Of a DNA stretch of 64,000 nt, positions 30,050 to 40,062 are shown piece by piece. A program made the position numbers and the translations under genes. Position 1 is the first letter of the stretch, and the number at the start of each line of letters is the position of its first letter. A model generated the notes under the pieces. That model saw only the letters and a program-made list of their open reading frames with translations, made no database searches and was not told the origin of the DNA. Source of the DNA: an uncultured Clostridia bacterium (GTDB lineage Bacteria; Bacillota; Clostridia; Christensenellales; UBA1242); contig CAMEJD010000005.1 in the NCBI GenBank assembly GCA_945919375.1, forward strand, positions 19,304 to 83,303, in the 5' to 3' direction.

Positions 30050-31249
30050 TTAGAATTTGTTAAAGTATCCAAGTCCACCCATTAGCATCACAACATAATT
30101 ATTTTCGGTGATGAATGGAAATACATTTATTGCAGTAAAGACATTGCTTATTTGTGGAGAGTTAAAAACAAAAACATTGTCGTAACTTTTTATGATATCT
30201 AACATTTTGTTTTGTTCACTCAACCTTTTATTGCATTGAAAATAAAATTCTTCTTTTAGATTATTTAGTCTTACAAGTAAGTCTTTTTTGTTCACAATTT
30301 TATTAAAAAATGATAAATTGTTAATTTTTTTATAAAAAATCGAATATTTGCTTATGTTTTTTACCAATTTTTCTATATCTGGAATTTCTAATCTCTTAAT
30401 TTCTTTTTGCTTAAAAAAGTTTGAATACATACAAAGCAAGACATTTGATGATAATAAATAGCATTCTCCCCCATACAAAAACTCGCCATTATCTTTAAGC
30501 ACTTTTTGCATTATTGAATACAAGTTAAATACAGCATTTTTAAACAAATCAATTTTACTGCATTCATAACCTAAATCAATCAAAATATCCATCAGTTTTA
30601 ATTTTTCATCAACATCCATACTCATAATATCTTTTAATTCTTTTGTTAATTTTTCTATTATGCTTTCAATTGGCGAAAAATCATAATGCGTTCCTTCCAA
30701 TATATTCTCTATGTTACAAGTTGCAACATATTCTTCAAACGCCAAAACAAAATAAACACCCTGTTTCACAAATTTTTTGGGGCACGTCTTTATAACAACC
30801 TCACTAATAAATACCTTTTCTGGATATTTACACAAAAAACTTCTTGCACTATCATATGGATTTATGCAGATATTGGAAAAATAACCTATTCCGCTTGGCA
30901 TAGATGGACAAACGATATATGGTACTTCAAATATATTTGCAAAGTATTTTGTTGTCATTGTCGCTCTTACTCCGCCAAATACTATGTATAAGTCAAAACT
31001 TTCGTCAGAAACAAGATTTGTTATTAACTTTAGTTCATTTTCAGAAAAATTGTTTTTTGCTATAAAGTGTTTAAAACTACATTTTGCAAAAGAAATTGCA
31101 TTCATAATTTCAGTCAAATTAGAGTTCACCAAACTTTTTGTTGAAATAAGTAATACTTTTTTCCCATAATAGTTTTGTCCCAAATATTGAGCAAGTTCCA
31201 AATATGCGTTTTTTCTATACACAATTCTACTATAATACTCGTTTTCCAT
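30050..31249 (-). CDS. Divergent member of the iron-dependent alcohol dehydrogenase / glycerol-1-phosphate dehydrogenase (AraM-like) fold.
   Basis: 399 aa. The layout ..KKVLLISTKS.. / ..IVFGGVRATMTTKYFA.. / ..PYIVCPSMPS.. resembles the Fe-ADH Rossmann part, but the GGGxxxD motif is degenerate. The functional call is weak. Confidence 0.35.
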   Translation of the reverse strand: MENEYYSRIVYRKNAYLELAQYLGQNYYGKKVLLISTKSLVNSNLTEIMNAISFAKCSFKHFIAKNNFSENELKLITNLVSDESFDLYIVFGGVRATMTTKYFANIFEVPYIVCPSMPSGIGYFSNICINPYDSARSFLCKYPEKVFISEVVIKTCPKKFVKQGVYFVLAFEEYVATCNIENILEGTHYDFSPIESIIEKLTKELKDIMSMDVDEKLKLMDILIDLGYECSKIDLFKNAVFNLYSIMQKVLKDNGEFLYGGECYLLSSNVLLCMYSNFFKQKEIKRLEIPDIEKLVKNISKYSIFYKKINNLSFFNKIVNKKDLLVRLNNLKEEFYFQCNKRLSEQNKMLDIIKSYDNVFVFNSPQISNVFTAINVFPFITENNYVVMLMGGLGYFNKF

Positions 31250-31349
31250 TTTTACCTCGACAAAAGTTTAGCATACAATAAAATTTATTTATGTAGCGAA
31301 TTTTGATATATTTTTGTTTATTTTGGAAAATTTGAAGCAAACTATCTTT

Positions 31350-32429
31350 ATGAAAAAAACGATTTTAACATTGTGTATATTTATTTTAATCTCTCCATTA
31401 TTTTATGGTTTTTGGGCAGATAATTACACTCAAACAACAACGGTTGAACACCTGTTCACCCATTGTTTAATAGCCTATCCGGAACTTGCATTCAAAAAAG
31501 AAAACCCTATGAGAGAAAACTATAATATTGATTGCATAACAAGTTTTGAGTTTAAAAATATACTTGAAAGTTTATATAAAAACAACTATATTTTGGTGGA
31601 TATAAATGACACATTTAAAAGTGAAAATGGCATAGTTAAAAAAACTGCATTAAAAATACCAAAAGGCAAAAAAGCTTTGGTTTTGTCATTTGATGATGTA
31701 AACTATGACCACAAAAAAATGGGACTTGGAATGGTCGACAAGATTATTCTTGACAAAAACAACAATTTTGCAACACAAACAATAGTGAATGGCAAAACCG
31801 ACATCTCATACGATAGAGAATTTGTTTGTATATTAGAAAATTTTGTAAGAAAACACCCGGATTTTTCACACAATAATGCAAAAGGCACAATTAACCTAAC
31901 AGGATATGATGGAATACTTGGATATCGCACTCAATCAAAAAACACAACAAATAGACAAAGTGAAATTAAAGACGCTAAACAAGTTGTTAAAAGACTTAAA
32001 GAATGTGGGTGGAATTTTGCTTCACATAGTTATGGACACTACCATATGAATAAAATTACAAACAAACAATTTGAAGAAGAACTTTTTTTATGGAAGAATG
32101 AAGTAGAACCACTTGTTGGCAAAACAAAAATATATGTTTATCCTTATGGAGAATGGAGTGTTTATGATGAAAATGGCATAACATACAAGCATAAACTATT
32201 GACAGATTATGGTTTTGAATTGTTTTGCGGTGTAGGAATGAAAACGTTTTATTCATATTTGCCTACAAAATTAAGTCAAAAAGTGCTATTTATGGATAGA
32301 AAATGCGTTGACGGATCAACTCTTAGAAAAGATGATATAAATTTGCATCCATTTTTTAAGCCTAAAAGTATTTACGATTATTTATTTAGACCAAGTTCAT
32401 TTATAAATTCAACAGAAACAATAAGATAA
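31350..32429 (+). CDS. Secreted polysaccharide deacetylase (NodB-homology) family protein.
   Basis: Motifs LVLSFDDVNYD and ASHSYGHYH are present. The start is moved to the ATG at 31350 (MKKTILTLCIFILISPL.. signal). Confidence 0.65.
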   Translation: MKKTILTLCIFILISPLFYGFWADNYTQTTTVEHLFTHCLIAYPELAFKKENPMRENYNIDCITSFEFKNILESLYKNNYILVDINDTFKSENGIVKKTALKIPKGKKALVLSFDDVNYDHKKMGLGMVDKIILDKNNNFATQTIVNGKTDISYDREFVCILENFVRKHPDFSHNNAKGTINLTGYDGILGYRTQSKNTTNRQSEIKDAKQVVKRLKECGWNFASHSYGHYHMNKITNKQFEEELFLWKNEVEPLVGKTKIYVYPYGEWSVYDENGITYKHKLLTDYGFELFCGVGMKTFYSYLPTKLSQKVLFMDRKCVDGSTLRKDDINLHPFFKPKSIYDYLFRPSSFINSTETIR

Positions 32430-32884
32430 TACAACATATTACTTTTTAGTGGAATATTCTTGTCTAATTCAATTTTTTCACAAAGTCCTATTGTTTGGTT
32501 CTTATAAATTGTTGAATTATAGACATAATAATCGCCAACAGTCAGCCAATTATCAAACCCAATAATTTTAAGTCTATTATCCAAAAAATTAACTTTCACA
32601 CGCAAAATTTTGTTATTTGTGTCAATATCTGGCAATTTTAACTGTATTTTTTGATTTATCACATCTCCCGGGAGCAAAGTGCCATCAACACAAAACGACT
32701 GACTATACACTCCCAAATCATTTATATTAAAGGTGTATTCATCACCCAAATTTAGATAAGCATTCTTTTCTTGATTTATAATAAACCCACCCATAATATT
32801 ATATATAATGCTTGCAACAAGCATTATAGACAAAACGACAACGGCAAATATAAGATTTTTTGTTTTTGTATCCATTTTTTTCAT
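32378..32884 (-). CDS. Hypothetical protein with a single N-terminal TM anchor.
   Basis: 168-aa ORF with TM NLIFAVVVLSIMLVASIIY. Its 3' end overlaps the convergent deacetylase gene by 52 nt. Confidence 0.55.
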   Translation of the reverse strand: MKKMDTKTKNLIFAVVVLSIMLVASIIYNIMGGFIINQEKNAYLNLGDEYTFNINDLGVYSQSFCVDGTLLPGDVINQKIQLKLPDIDTNNKILRVKVNFLDNRLKIIGFDNWLTVGDYYVYNSTIYKNQTIGLCEKIELDKNIPLKSNMLYYLIVSVEFINELGLNK

Positions 32885-32918
32885 AAAATTATTATTAACA
32901 TAAAAAAAACATCTAAAC

Positions 32919-34283
32919 TTATTTAGATGCTTTTATTGTTTTTGTAGATTTTCTCGTTTTCTTTTGCTTTTTATAATTTTTTATTTGCTCTTCCTTGAAT
33001 AAAATGCTTTCCGCCTCAAGTTCCCATTTTCGTTGTGTCCATTTAAATTTTTTATTTCCATGAACATAGTCATATATAACTATTGTTATTCCTTGGAGAA
33101 TATATAGGTAGTATGTCATAAATCGCCATACAAGTAAGCCCCAAAACACAGTTCCTTCTGGGAATATTGAACCAAAGACAACAGTGAATGAGATTTCATT
33201 CATTCCTGACCCACCCGGAAGTGGAATAATACTTGAGCCCAACTCAATAATAACTGAGAATACCAATATATTTAGCCACAAACCATAATTTGTGCCACCG
33301 AACATAAGATAAATTAGATATGGCATTGTATAGTTTAACACAAATATTGCAATTGAAATAAGAATTGCAAACAAGAAACGCCATATATTTTTGGCATATG
33401 TTTTCATTGTATTTTGATAGTTACTAACAACACCATTTACTTTTTCAAAAGTTTTATCATAATGTTTTATTAGGTGAATCTTTTTTAGGAATTTTAGAAT
33501 TTTTACAACAAGACTATTGCCTATTCTTTTGCTCATTGACAACAAAAGACAAATTGATGTTATAAGAAAGTTTGCTGCGAAGCCAATAAGTCCAACAACA
33601 AGGACAACACTGACATCCATTACATTTTCAACAACAATAACACCAACACCAAATAATCCAACAATCATCCATGCAATTTGTGAAACAACATATCTTGCCA
33701 TTGTAACAGAAATTGACGTTCCGGCACTTACACCTCTATGATTAAGATAGAATATTTGAGCAGGTTCACCACCGCTTGACATTGGGGTAATGTTATCATA
33801 ATACTTTCCCGTTGCACACATTTTATAACATAAATATGGTCTTGACCTACTGCCTGACTGCTTTAAAAAGTAGTTTGTCCTAAAAGTGTCAAGTATCATA
33901 ATAATCACGAACACAAGTACAATTATTGGTGCAAAATACCATCTAAAATTTAGTATATCGGTTATTGGTGTAATCTTTTCTTGAGTTAGTTGATATGTTA
34001 AGATAGCAGCAACAACAACTATATTTATGACAAAGAAAATAACATTCCAAATTTTTTTCTTTTTTGTTTTTTGTTTGCTTACTGCCTGTTCAGCTTGTTC
34101 AATTTGTTCCAACTCTTTTTGTTTTTCATCCTCAACAGACTGAGTTGAACCAACTTCCATAGTTTGTGTTATATCAAGTTCCAACTGTTTGTTTTTGCAT
34201 TTTTTGTATGAAAAAGGCTTTGTCGACTTTGCGACCTTAAGTTTTTTATTTTTGCCCTTTAACACAAACTTTTCCATTTTCAT
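32919..34283 (-). CDS. Flippase-like / lysylphosphatidylglycerol-synthase TM-domain (UPF0104) membrane protein with a Lys-rich N-terminal extension.
   Basis: Polytopic protein. The motif ..NITPMSSGGEPAQIFYL.. is typical of this family as I recall it. Confidence 0.65.
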   Translation of the reverse strand: MKMEKFVLKGKNKKLKVAKSTKPFSYKKCKNKQLELDITQTMEVGSTQSVEDEKQKELEQIEQAEQAVSKQKTKKKKIWNVIFFVINIVVVAAILTYQLTQEKITPITDILNFRWYFAPIIVLVFVIIMILDTFRTNYFLKQSGSRSRPYLCYKMCATGKYYDNITPMSSGGEPAQIFYLNHRGVSAGTSISVTMARYVVSQIAWMIVGLFGVGVIVVENVMDVSVVLVVGLIGFAANFLITSICLLLSMSKRIGNSLVVKILKFLKKIHLIKHYDKTFEKVNGVVSNYQNTMKTYAKNIWRFLFAILISIAIFVLNYTMPYLIYLMFGGTNYGLWLNILVFSVIIELGSSIIPLPGGSGMNEISFTVVFGSIFPEGTVFWGLLVWRFMTYYLYILQGITIVIYDYVHGNKKFKWTQRKWELEAESILFKEEQIKNYKKQKKTRKSTKTIKASK

Positions 34284-34365
34284 CTAGTTTAGCAAACATT
34301 TTGTTAATTGTAAAGACTATTTAAAATTAAAATTCAAATCCAGCATTTTATTTTATTATCTTACA

Positions 34366-34400
34366 ACAAAAAATATTGCAAGCATATCCGCTTGCAATAT
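34366..34400 (-). terminator. Intrinsic terminator after the prsA-like gene.
   Basis: ATATTGCAAGC-n6-GCTTGCAATAT stem followed by U6 on the reverse strand. Confidence 0.6.
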
Positions 34401-34410
34401 TTATTTGCTT

Positions 34411-36039
34411 TTATAGGTTATCTAATACCGATTTATGTTTTTCAATTTTTAAATCTTTCTTTAATACATTAAGATTCATATTTTCAAAAATTGAATAGTT
34501 ATCATTTGACAACGTTTCAAACACTTTATCAAACACCGTTTTGTTGTTTAGCACACTCAACTTTGCACTTGTTAATTTTTCAATATCACTCAAATCTAAT
34601 TTGAAATTTTCCAAACTATTAACAGTGAATAAGTTTTCAATTTTGCCACCATAGAATATAATATGAACACCATATTCAGAAGCAACTAAATCGGATATTG
34701 CACCAAACTCACCTTTGTTATTAAGTTCTCTTGATGCAGTATTAAAACTTTCCACCATTTTGCTTGTTTTTGTTCCGATTACATACATATATTCAGCATT
34801 TTGAACACCTGTATCTTCGCCATACTTGTATAAGTAATCTCTAAATATTTGTGCTTTTTTATCATTTGTTGTTGCATTATTTAATTCCATTTGCAAATCT
34901 TTTAGCAAATCATTTACATAAACTTTTTCGCCATCAATAATTTTTCCGTCATTATCTCTCACTTTTGCAACACAATCATTGATAAGTTCGCTTTTTCTTT
35001 GTTTCTTTACCTTATCCGAAAGATAAGCATCTTTGTCTATATTTGCATACTCTGTTTTTTGTTCGTCAGTAAATTTTATTAACAAATTTGACACAAAGAA
35101 ATAGTTGTCGTCTGGAACATAATATACATCTTTAAAACTTTCTAGCATCGCTTTGTCATATGCTGATGCATCACTTTCATATTTGTACTTTGATTCAAGA
35201 ACAAGAGATGTGTACTTATCCAAAACTTGTCTTACTGAAATTGTTGAATAGTTTTTATCACTCTTGTAAAAATCTTCTAGTTTTGTGATATATTTGTTAT
35301 CTTCTGAATTCTTTAACAATTTTTCGGCATATCTTTTTAGGATACTTGCATTATCTGTTGAAAGATTTCTGCCTTCTTCATTTTTCTTTAAAACATACAT
35401 TAGTCTTCTATATGCTTCTTTCATAACTTTTGAATTATTGTCTGTGCCTGTTGGGTTTGCATAATTATTGAATGCATTTATCACTTGGTCAAGAGATGAA
35501 AAATGTGTTGATGATTTTTTGTTTTGACTTATAAGTTTAATTCTGTATTCTTCATTTTCATACACAACTTCAGCCTTTGGCTCATATGGTGTGTATTTTA
35601 CAACATTGCTGTTATCTTCACTTTTTGCGTTTTCTGTTGTTATTTTCCATTCAGTTTTTACTGCAGTTACATAACTTGAAATGCTTGATTCTAATGATGT
35701 GTAAACTTCGTCATAAACATCTTCCATATCGTCATCAATGGAAACAGTCTTTTTTGCATGGTTAAGCAAAACATATCTTGAAATGAGAACATCCAAAGTT
35801 TTGTTTACTGCCTCTTCTTGAGTTGAACCATTTTGAGTTAAACTTGAACCATAACTGTTATAAGCATTGATAAATGCTTCTGTTGTTATTTCTTCTTTTG
35901 TTTTGTCGGTATATGTTATTGTGCAAACTGACTTATTGAGATATGCGTCAACATCTCTTGGGAATAAATCACAACCGGTAAGCACAAATGCTGTTACCAT
36001 AAATAAACATAATAGTAAGCCTGTGAGTTTCTTTTTCAC
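34411..36039 (-). CDS. PrsA/SurA-like foldase lipoprotein (parvulin-type PPIase family).
   Basis: Lipobox VLTGC is present. The C-terminal ..SEYGVHIIFYGG.. is parvulin-like. The position downstream of mfd is as in many clostridia. Confidence 0.55.
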   Translation of the reverse strand: MKKKLTGLLLCLFMVTAFVLTGCDLFPRDVDAYLNKSVCTITYTDKTKEEITTEAFINAYNSYGSSLTQNGSTQEEAVNKTLDVLISRYVLLNHAKKTVSIDDDMEDVYDEVYTSLESSISSYVTAVKTEWKITTENAKSEDNSNVVKYTPYEPKAEVVYENEEYRIKLISQNKKSSTHFSSLDQVINAFNNYANPTGTDNNSKVMKEAYRRLMYVLKKNEEGRNLSTDNASILKRYAEKLLKNSEDNKYITKLEDFYKSDKNYSTISVRQVLDKYTSLVLESKYKYESDASAYDKAMLESFKDVYYVPDDNYFFVSNLLIKFTDEQKTEYANIDKDAYLSDKVKKQRKSELINDCVAKVRDNDGKIIDGEKVYVNDLLKDLQMELNNATTNDKKAQIFRDYLYKYGEDTGVQNAEYMYVIGTKTSKMVESFNTASRELNNKGEFGAISDLVASEYGVHIIFYGGKIENLFTVNSLENFKLDLSDIEKLTSAKLSVLNNKTVFDKVFETLSNDNYSIFENMNLNVLKKDLKIEKHKSVLDNL

Positions 36040-36108
36040 GATAATTCTCCATTTTTATAATTTTACTAATGTATTATATATTAACACCCCAAAAAAATCA
36101 ATCAAAAA

Positions 36109-39100
36109 TCAATCATTTATACAATCATTTAAAAATTTTATTACATAGTCCAATCTTTCCACAACACTCATCCTAGACAAATTCATTTCAATTATTGGCA
36201 CATCTTCAAATTTTAATACCATTACATCCTTTCTATCATGCAACACATTAGCAACTTCTTTCGATACAATTTCTTGCTTTGGATACAGATAAATTTTTGA
36301 AACTGTTGGCGATAAGAGTATTCTTTTTGCGTCTAGTTTTGCACCAAGGTTTTTGATTAACGCAATTTTAAGTAAATTACATAACTCGCTTGGGACTTCA
36401 CCAAATGCTTGGCTTAAATGATTTTTTACATCAACCATTTCTTTTATTGAATCAATTTTGCTTATTTGGTCATAGTATTTGATTTTGTCCTGCTCATCAC
36501 TTATATAATCTTCTGGAATATATGCTGGGCATACAATATCAATTTTTATCGGTTTTGTTTCCTTTTCTTTTTTGCCTTTAAGTTCATTAACTGCTTCATC
36601 CAAAAGTTTGCAATAAAGTTCATATCCAACTTTTTCCATATGACCATGTTGTTCTTTACCCAAAACATTGCCTGCTCCACGAATTTCCAAATCCCGCATT
36701 GCAATTTTAAAACCACTGCCAAGTTCTGTAAATTCCATAATTGCATCAAGACGCTTATAAGCATCAGTTGACAAAATTTTGTTTGGATTAAAAGTGAAAT
36801 ATGCATATGCCATTCGGTCACTTCTCCCAATTCTACCTTTTAGTTGATAAAGCTGGCTTAGCCCTAATCTGTCTGCATCAATTACGATTAGCGTATTTGC
36901 CATTGGCAAATCTATTCCATTTTCAATCAATGTTGTTGCAATCAAAATATCATATTCTCCATTGTATAGTTTAAAAATGGTATCTTCAAGCAATTTTTCG
37001 TGCATTTGACCATGTGCAATACCAATTCTTGCATTTGGGACAAGCAAAGATATTTTTTTTGCAAAATCATATATAGTGTCAACTTTGTTATATACAATAA
37101 GCACTTGTCCATATCTTGACATTTCTCTTTTTATTGCATCGCAAATAAGTGATTCACTTTCTTCTGTGACATATGTTTGCACTGCAATTCTATTCTTTGG
37201 CGGTGTTTCTATAACAGAAATATCTCTTATACCCGTGAGTGCCATATTTAGTGTTCTTGGAATTGGTGTTGCCGACAAAGTCAAAACATCAACATCTTTT
37301 TTTAGAGTTTTTATTTTTTCTTTATCTGCTACTCCAAAACGATGTTCTTCATCTAAAATTAAAAGTCCCAAGTCCTTAAAGATAACGTCATTTGAAAGTA
37401 ATCTATGAGTACCTATCAAAATATCAACATCACCAGACTTTACACCCTTCAAAATTTCTTCTTGTTCCGTTTTTGTTTTAAAACGATTTAAAACTTTTAT
37501 ATTGCAAACAAAATCTTTTAGTCTTTTTGTTGCTGTTTTAAAATGCTGTTCACTAAGAATTGTTGTTGGGCACAAAAATGCAACTTGTTTCCCACCAAGC
37601 ACAACTTGATATGCTGCTCTTAGGGCAACTTCGGTTTTCCCATAACCAACATCCCCACAAATAAGCCTGTCCATAAGTTTGCCGGAATATAAATCACTTT
37701 TTATATCATTGACTGCATTTTGTTGGTCGGAAGTTAGGTCATATTCAAAAGAATTTTCAAAAAGTTCCATCAAACTGTCACTTTCATATTTTATTCCCTT
37801 TTCGTTTTCTCTTTGTTTGTATAATTCAACCAAATTTATTGCAAGTTTTTTTACTGCTTGTTTTACTTTTTCTTTTGCTCTTTCAAATTCTTGCCCACCA
37901 ATTTTATTTAGTACTGGGGTTTTGTCGCTCCCCAAGAATGCCGAAAGTGTGTTTGTTTGTTCACTTGGGACATACAACAAATCACCATTTTTGTATTGAA
38001 CAATGAAGTAGTCTTTGTAACTGCCGTTGAGATTTAGGTTCTCAAGTCCAACACATTTTCCAATTCCATGCACTTCGTGTACAACATAGTCGCCAACCTT
38101 TGGCAAATAGAAAGCACTTCTTTTTCCCTGTTTTTGAGTTACCACACTTTGCTTTACTTTCTTTACCAAATCCGATGTCCCAATAAGAACCAATCCGGCT
38201 TCCAAAAAACTCGCCGAAAATGGCAATTCGTCTTGCAAAAGAACAATTTGTGATTTATTGATATTTGGATTAAATTTTGTTTGGTATGTTAGGTTGTTTG
38301 TTATCAAATATTTGCCTATACTATCAACACTAGACTTGCTTCCGCAAAACAAAATACAAGAATAACTTGATGCACAATATACTGAAATATCTTTGATTAG
38401 TGCTTTATAATCAAACAAATATTTTCTTGAACCAATATTCCTAAAATTTACGTTTTCATCGCAAGAAAAATATGTGTTATTAAAATTATCAAATAGCAAA
38501 TAATTGTCAATATTAAAATTGTTTTCTATTTCGTAAAAATATTTTTTATGTGCATTTAATAATTCATTATTTTGTATTGAATTATTTATTGAAATAATAT
38601 TATTATTATTGATTTTATATAAATTATCAAATATTTTTTTGGGTTCATCAAAAACTATTAAATCGCTTTTAAATAAAGAGATTATGTTATCTTTAAAACC
38701 AAAATATGGCAAAATAAAACTGTCACTAATATCAATAAAATTATTCTCAATAGCATTTTCATAATGTGATTTTATTTCACTATATCTTAAATAATTATCG
38801 TTTATTTTTTGTTTAATGTCGTTATTTAATTTATCTAATATTTTTGTTTTATTTTCTTCGTCAAACAAATAAAGTGTTGCTGGATAAATATTTATATTTT
38901 CATATATTTCTTTTTTCTCAATTAAATCAACATCAAATGAATATATTTTTTCAAGGGTATCCCCAAAAAAATCCAACCTAACAGGGTCAGCACTATTGAT
39001 TGTGAAAATATCAACAATATCCCCACGAATTGAAAATTCACCACGTTTTGTCACTTTTTCACATCTTGTATATCCAATGTTTGTTAGTAATTTTTCAAGT

Positions 39101-39537
39101 TCCAAAAAGTTGTAAGTTGCACCAGTTTTTAGTTCTATAAATTTTTTGAAAAAATCTAAACTTGGCAATCTTTGAAAAAGTGCATCAGCAAGCACCAATA
39201 AAATGTCAATTTTGCCTAAATAGTAATCACAAACTGCACCCAAAAATTCACACATTGACAAATTTTCTTGCTTGTATGCAAACACCGGCATTGGATAGCC
39301 TGCGTCAAGTTCGCCCACCTTTTTGCCCAAGCAAACGAGTTCAGTTTTTAGCATATTTAGTGACAAAATATCATTACATACAACAATACAACGCTTGTTA
39401 AGATAGTATAAAGTTAATGCCTTTTCGCCAATTTGAAGGCAAGATAAAGACAAGCGAATGTTATTGCTTACACATTCGCTTACCTTGTTCAATGTTTTTG
39501 ACTTTTGTAATATTGAATCTATTTCCAAACTATGCAC
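36109..39537 (-). CDS. mfd: Transcription-repair coupling factor.
   Basis: 1142 aa with GDVGYGKTEVALRAA (Walker A) and LLILDEEHRFG (DEEH). It overlaps pth by 8 nt in the conserved pth-mfd order. Confidence 0.95.
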   Translation of the reverse strand: MHSLEIDSILQKSKTLNKVSECVSNNIRLSLSCLQIGEKALTLYYLNKRCIVVCNDILSLNMLKTELVCLGKKVGELDAGYPMPVFAYKQENLSMCEFLGAVCDYYLGKIDILLVLADALFQRLPSLDFFKKFIELKTGATYNFLELEKLLTNIGYTRCEKVTKRGEFSIRGDIVDIFTINSADPVRLDFFGDTLEKIYSFDVDLIEKKEIYENINIYPATLYLFDEENKTKILDKLNNDIKQKINDNYLRYSEIKSHYENAIENNFIDISDSFILPYFGFKDNIISLFKSDLIVFDEPKKIFDNLYKINNNNIISINNSIQNNELLNAHKKYFYEIENNFNIDNYLLFDNFNNTYFSCDENVNFRNIGSRKYLFDYKALIKDISVYCASSYSCILFCGSKSSVDSIGKYLITNNLTYQTKFNPNINKSQIVLLQDELPFSASFLEAGLVLIGTSDLVKKVKQSVVTQKQGKRSAFYLPKVGDYVVHEVHGIGKCVGLENLNLNGSYKDYFIVQYKNGDLLYVPSEQTNTLSAFLGSDKTPVLNKIGGQEFERAKEKVKQAVKKLAINLVELYKQRENEKGIKYESDSLMELFENSFEYDLTSDQQNAVNDIKSDLYSGKLMDRLICGDVGYGKTEVALRAAYQVVLGGKQVAFLCPTTILSEQHFKTATKRLKDFVCNIKVLNRFKTKTEQEEILKGVKSGDVDILIGTHRLLSNDVIFKDLGLLILDEEHRFGVADKEKIKTLKKDVDVLTLSATPIPRTLNMALTGIRDISVIETPPKNRIAVQTYVTEESESLICDAIKREMSRYGQVLIVYNKVDTIYDFAKKISLLVPNARIGIAHGQMHEKLLEDTIFKLYNGEYDILIATTLIENGIDLPMANTLIVIDADRLGLSQLYQLKGRIGRSDRMAYAYFTFNPNKILSTDAYKRLDAIMEFTELGSGFKIAMRDLEIRGAGNVLGKEQHGHMEKVGYELYCKLLDEAVNELKGKKEKETKPIKIDIVCPAYIPEDYISDEQDKIKYYDQISKIDSIKEMVDVKNHLSQAFGEVPSELCNLLKIALIKNLGAKLDAKRILLSPTVSKIYLYPKQEIVSKEVANVLHDRKDVMVLKFEDVPIIEMNLSRMSVVERLDYVIKFLNDCIND

Positions 39538-40054
39538 CTATTTCTTTTTTTACAATACAAACTGCTTCTTGCATACTATTTTCCAAGATATCAAGATTAT
39601 CTTGTGGAATTTTTGACAAAACAAAGTCTGCCAAATCTTGAAATTTTGGATCTCTGCCAATTCCAACTTTTATTCTGTTAAAGTCTTGCCCGATTAGTGC
39701 CACAATGTTTTTAAGTCCATTATGCGTTCCTCCACTGCCTTCGTGGCGAAGTCTTACCTTTCCAAGTGGCAAATCTATATCATCACAAAAAACGTAAATA
39801 TCACTGTTTTGCAATTTATATTTGTTTTTTAATTCCAAAACACTCTCGCCCGACAAATTCATATAAGTCTGTGGTTGAGCCAAGATAACCTTTTCGCTAT
39901 TTGTATAAAAACTGCAAGTTTTTGCCTTACATTCATTTTTTACAAAATCTATACCATATTCTTCACTCAATTTTTCAAGTGTCATGAACCCAACATTATG
40001 ATATGTCTTTTCATATTCTTTGCCGGGGTTTCCAAGTCCAACAATAAGTTTCAT
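39530..40054 (-). CDS. pth: Peptidyl-tRNA hydrolase.
   Basis: Begins MKLIVGLGNPGKEYEKTYHNVGF.. and is 174 aa. Confidence 0.95.
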   Translation of the reverse strand: MKLIVGLGNPGKEYEKTYHNVGFMTLEKLSEEYGIDFVKNECKAKTCSFYTNSEKVILAQPQTYMNLSGESVLELKNKYKLQNSDIYVFCDDIDLPLGKVRLRHEGSGGTHNGLKNIVALIGQDFNRIKVGIGRDPKFQDLADFVLSKIPQDNLDILENSMQEAVCIVKKEIGA

Positions 40055-40062
40055 TTTTTCTC

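Noticed and set aside
30686-39641. Internal or antisense ORFs within the AraM-like, flippase-like, prsA-like, mfd and pth genes (for example 30686-30991, 33517-33741, 36466-36771, 36546-36830, 37076-37408, 37679-37999).
   Set aside because: They lie nested in well-supported genes with clear family motifs, and nothing independently supports them.
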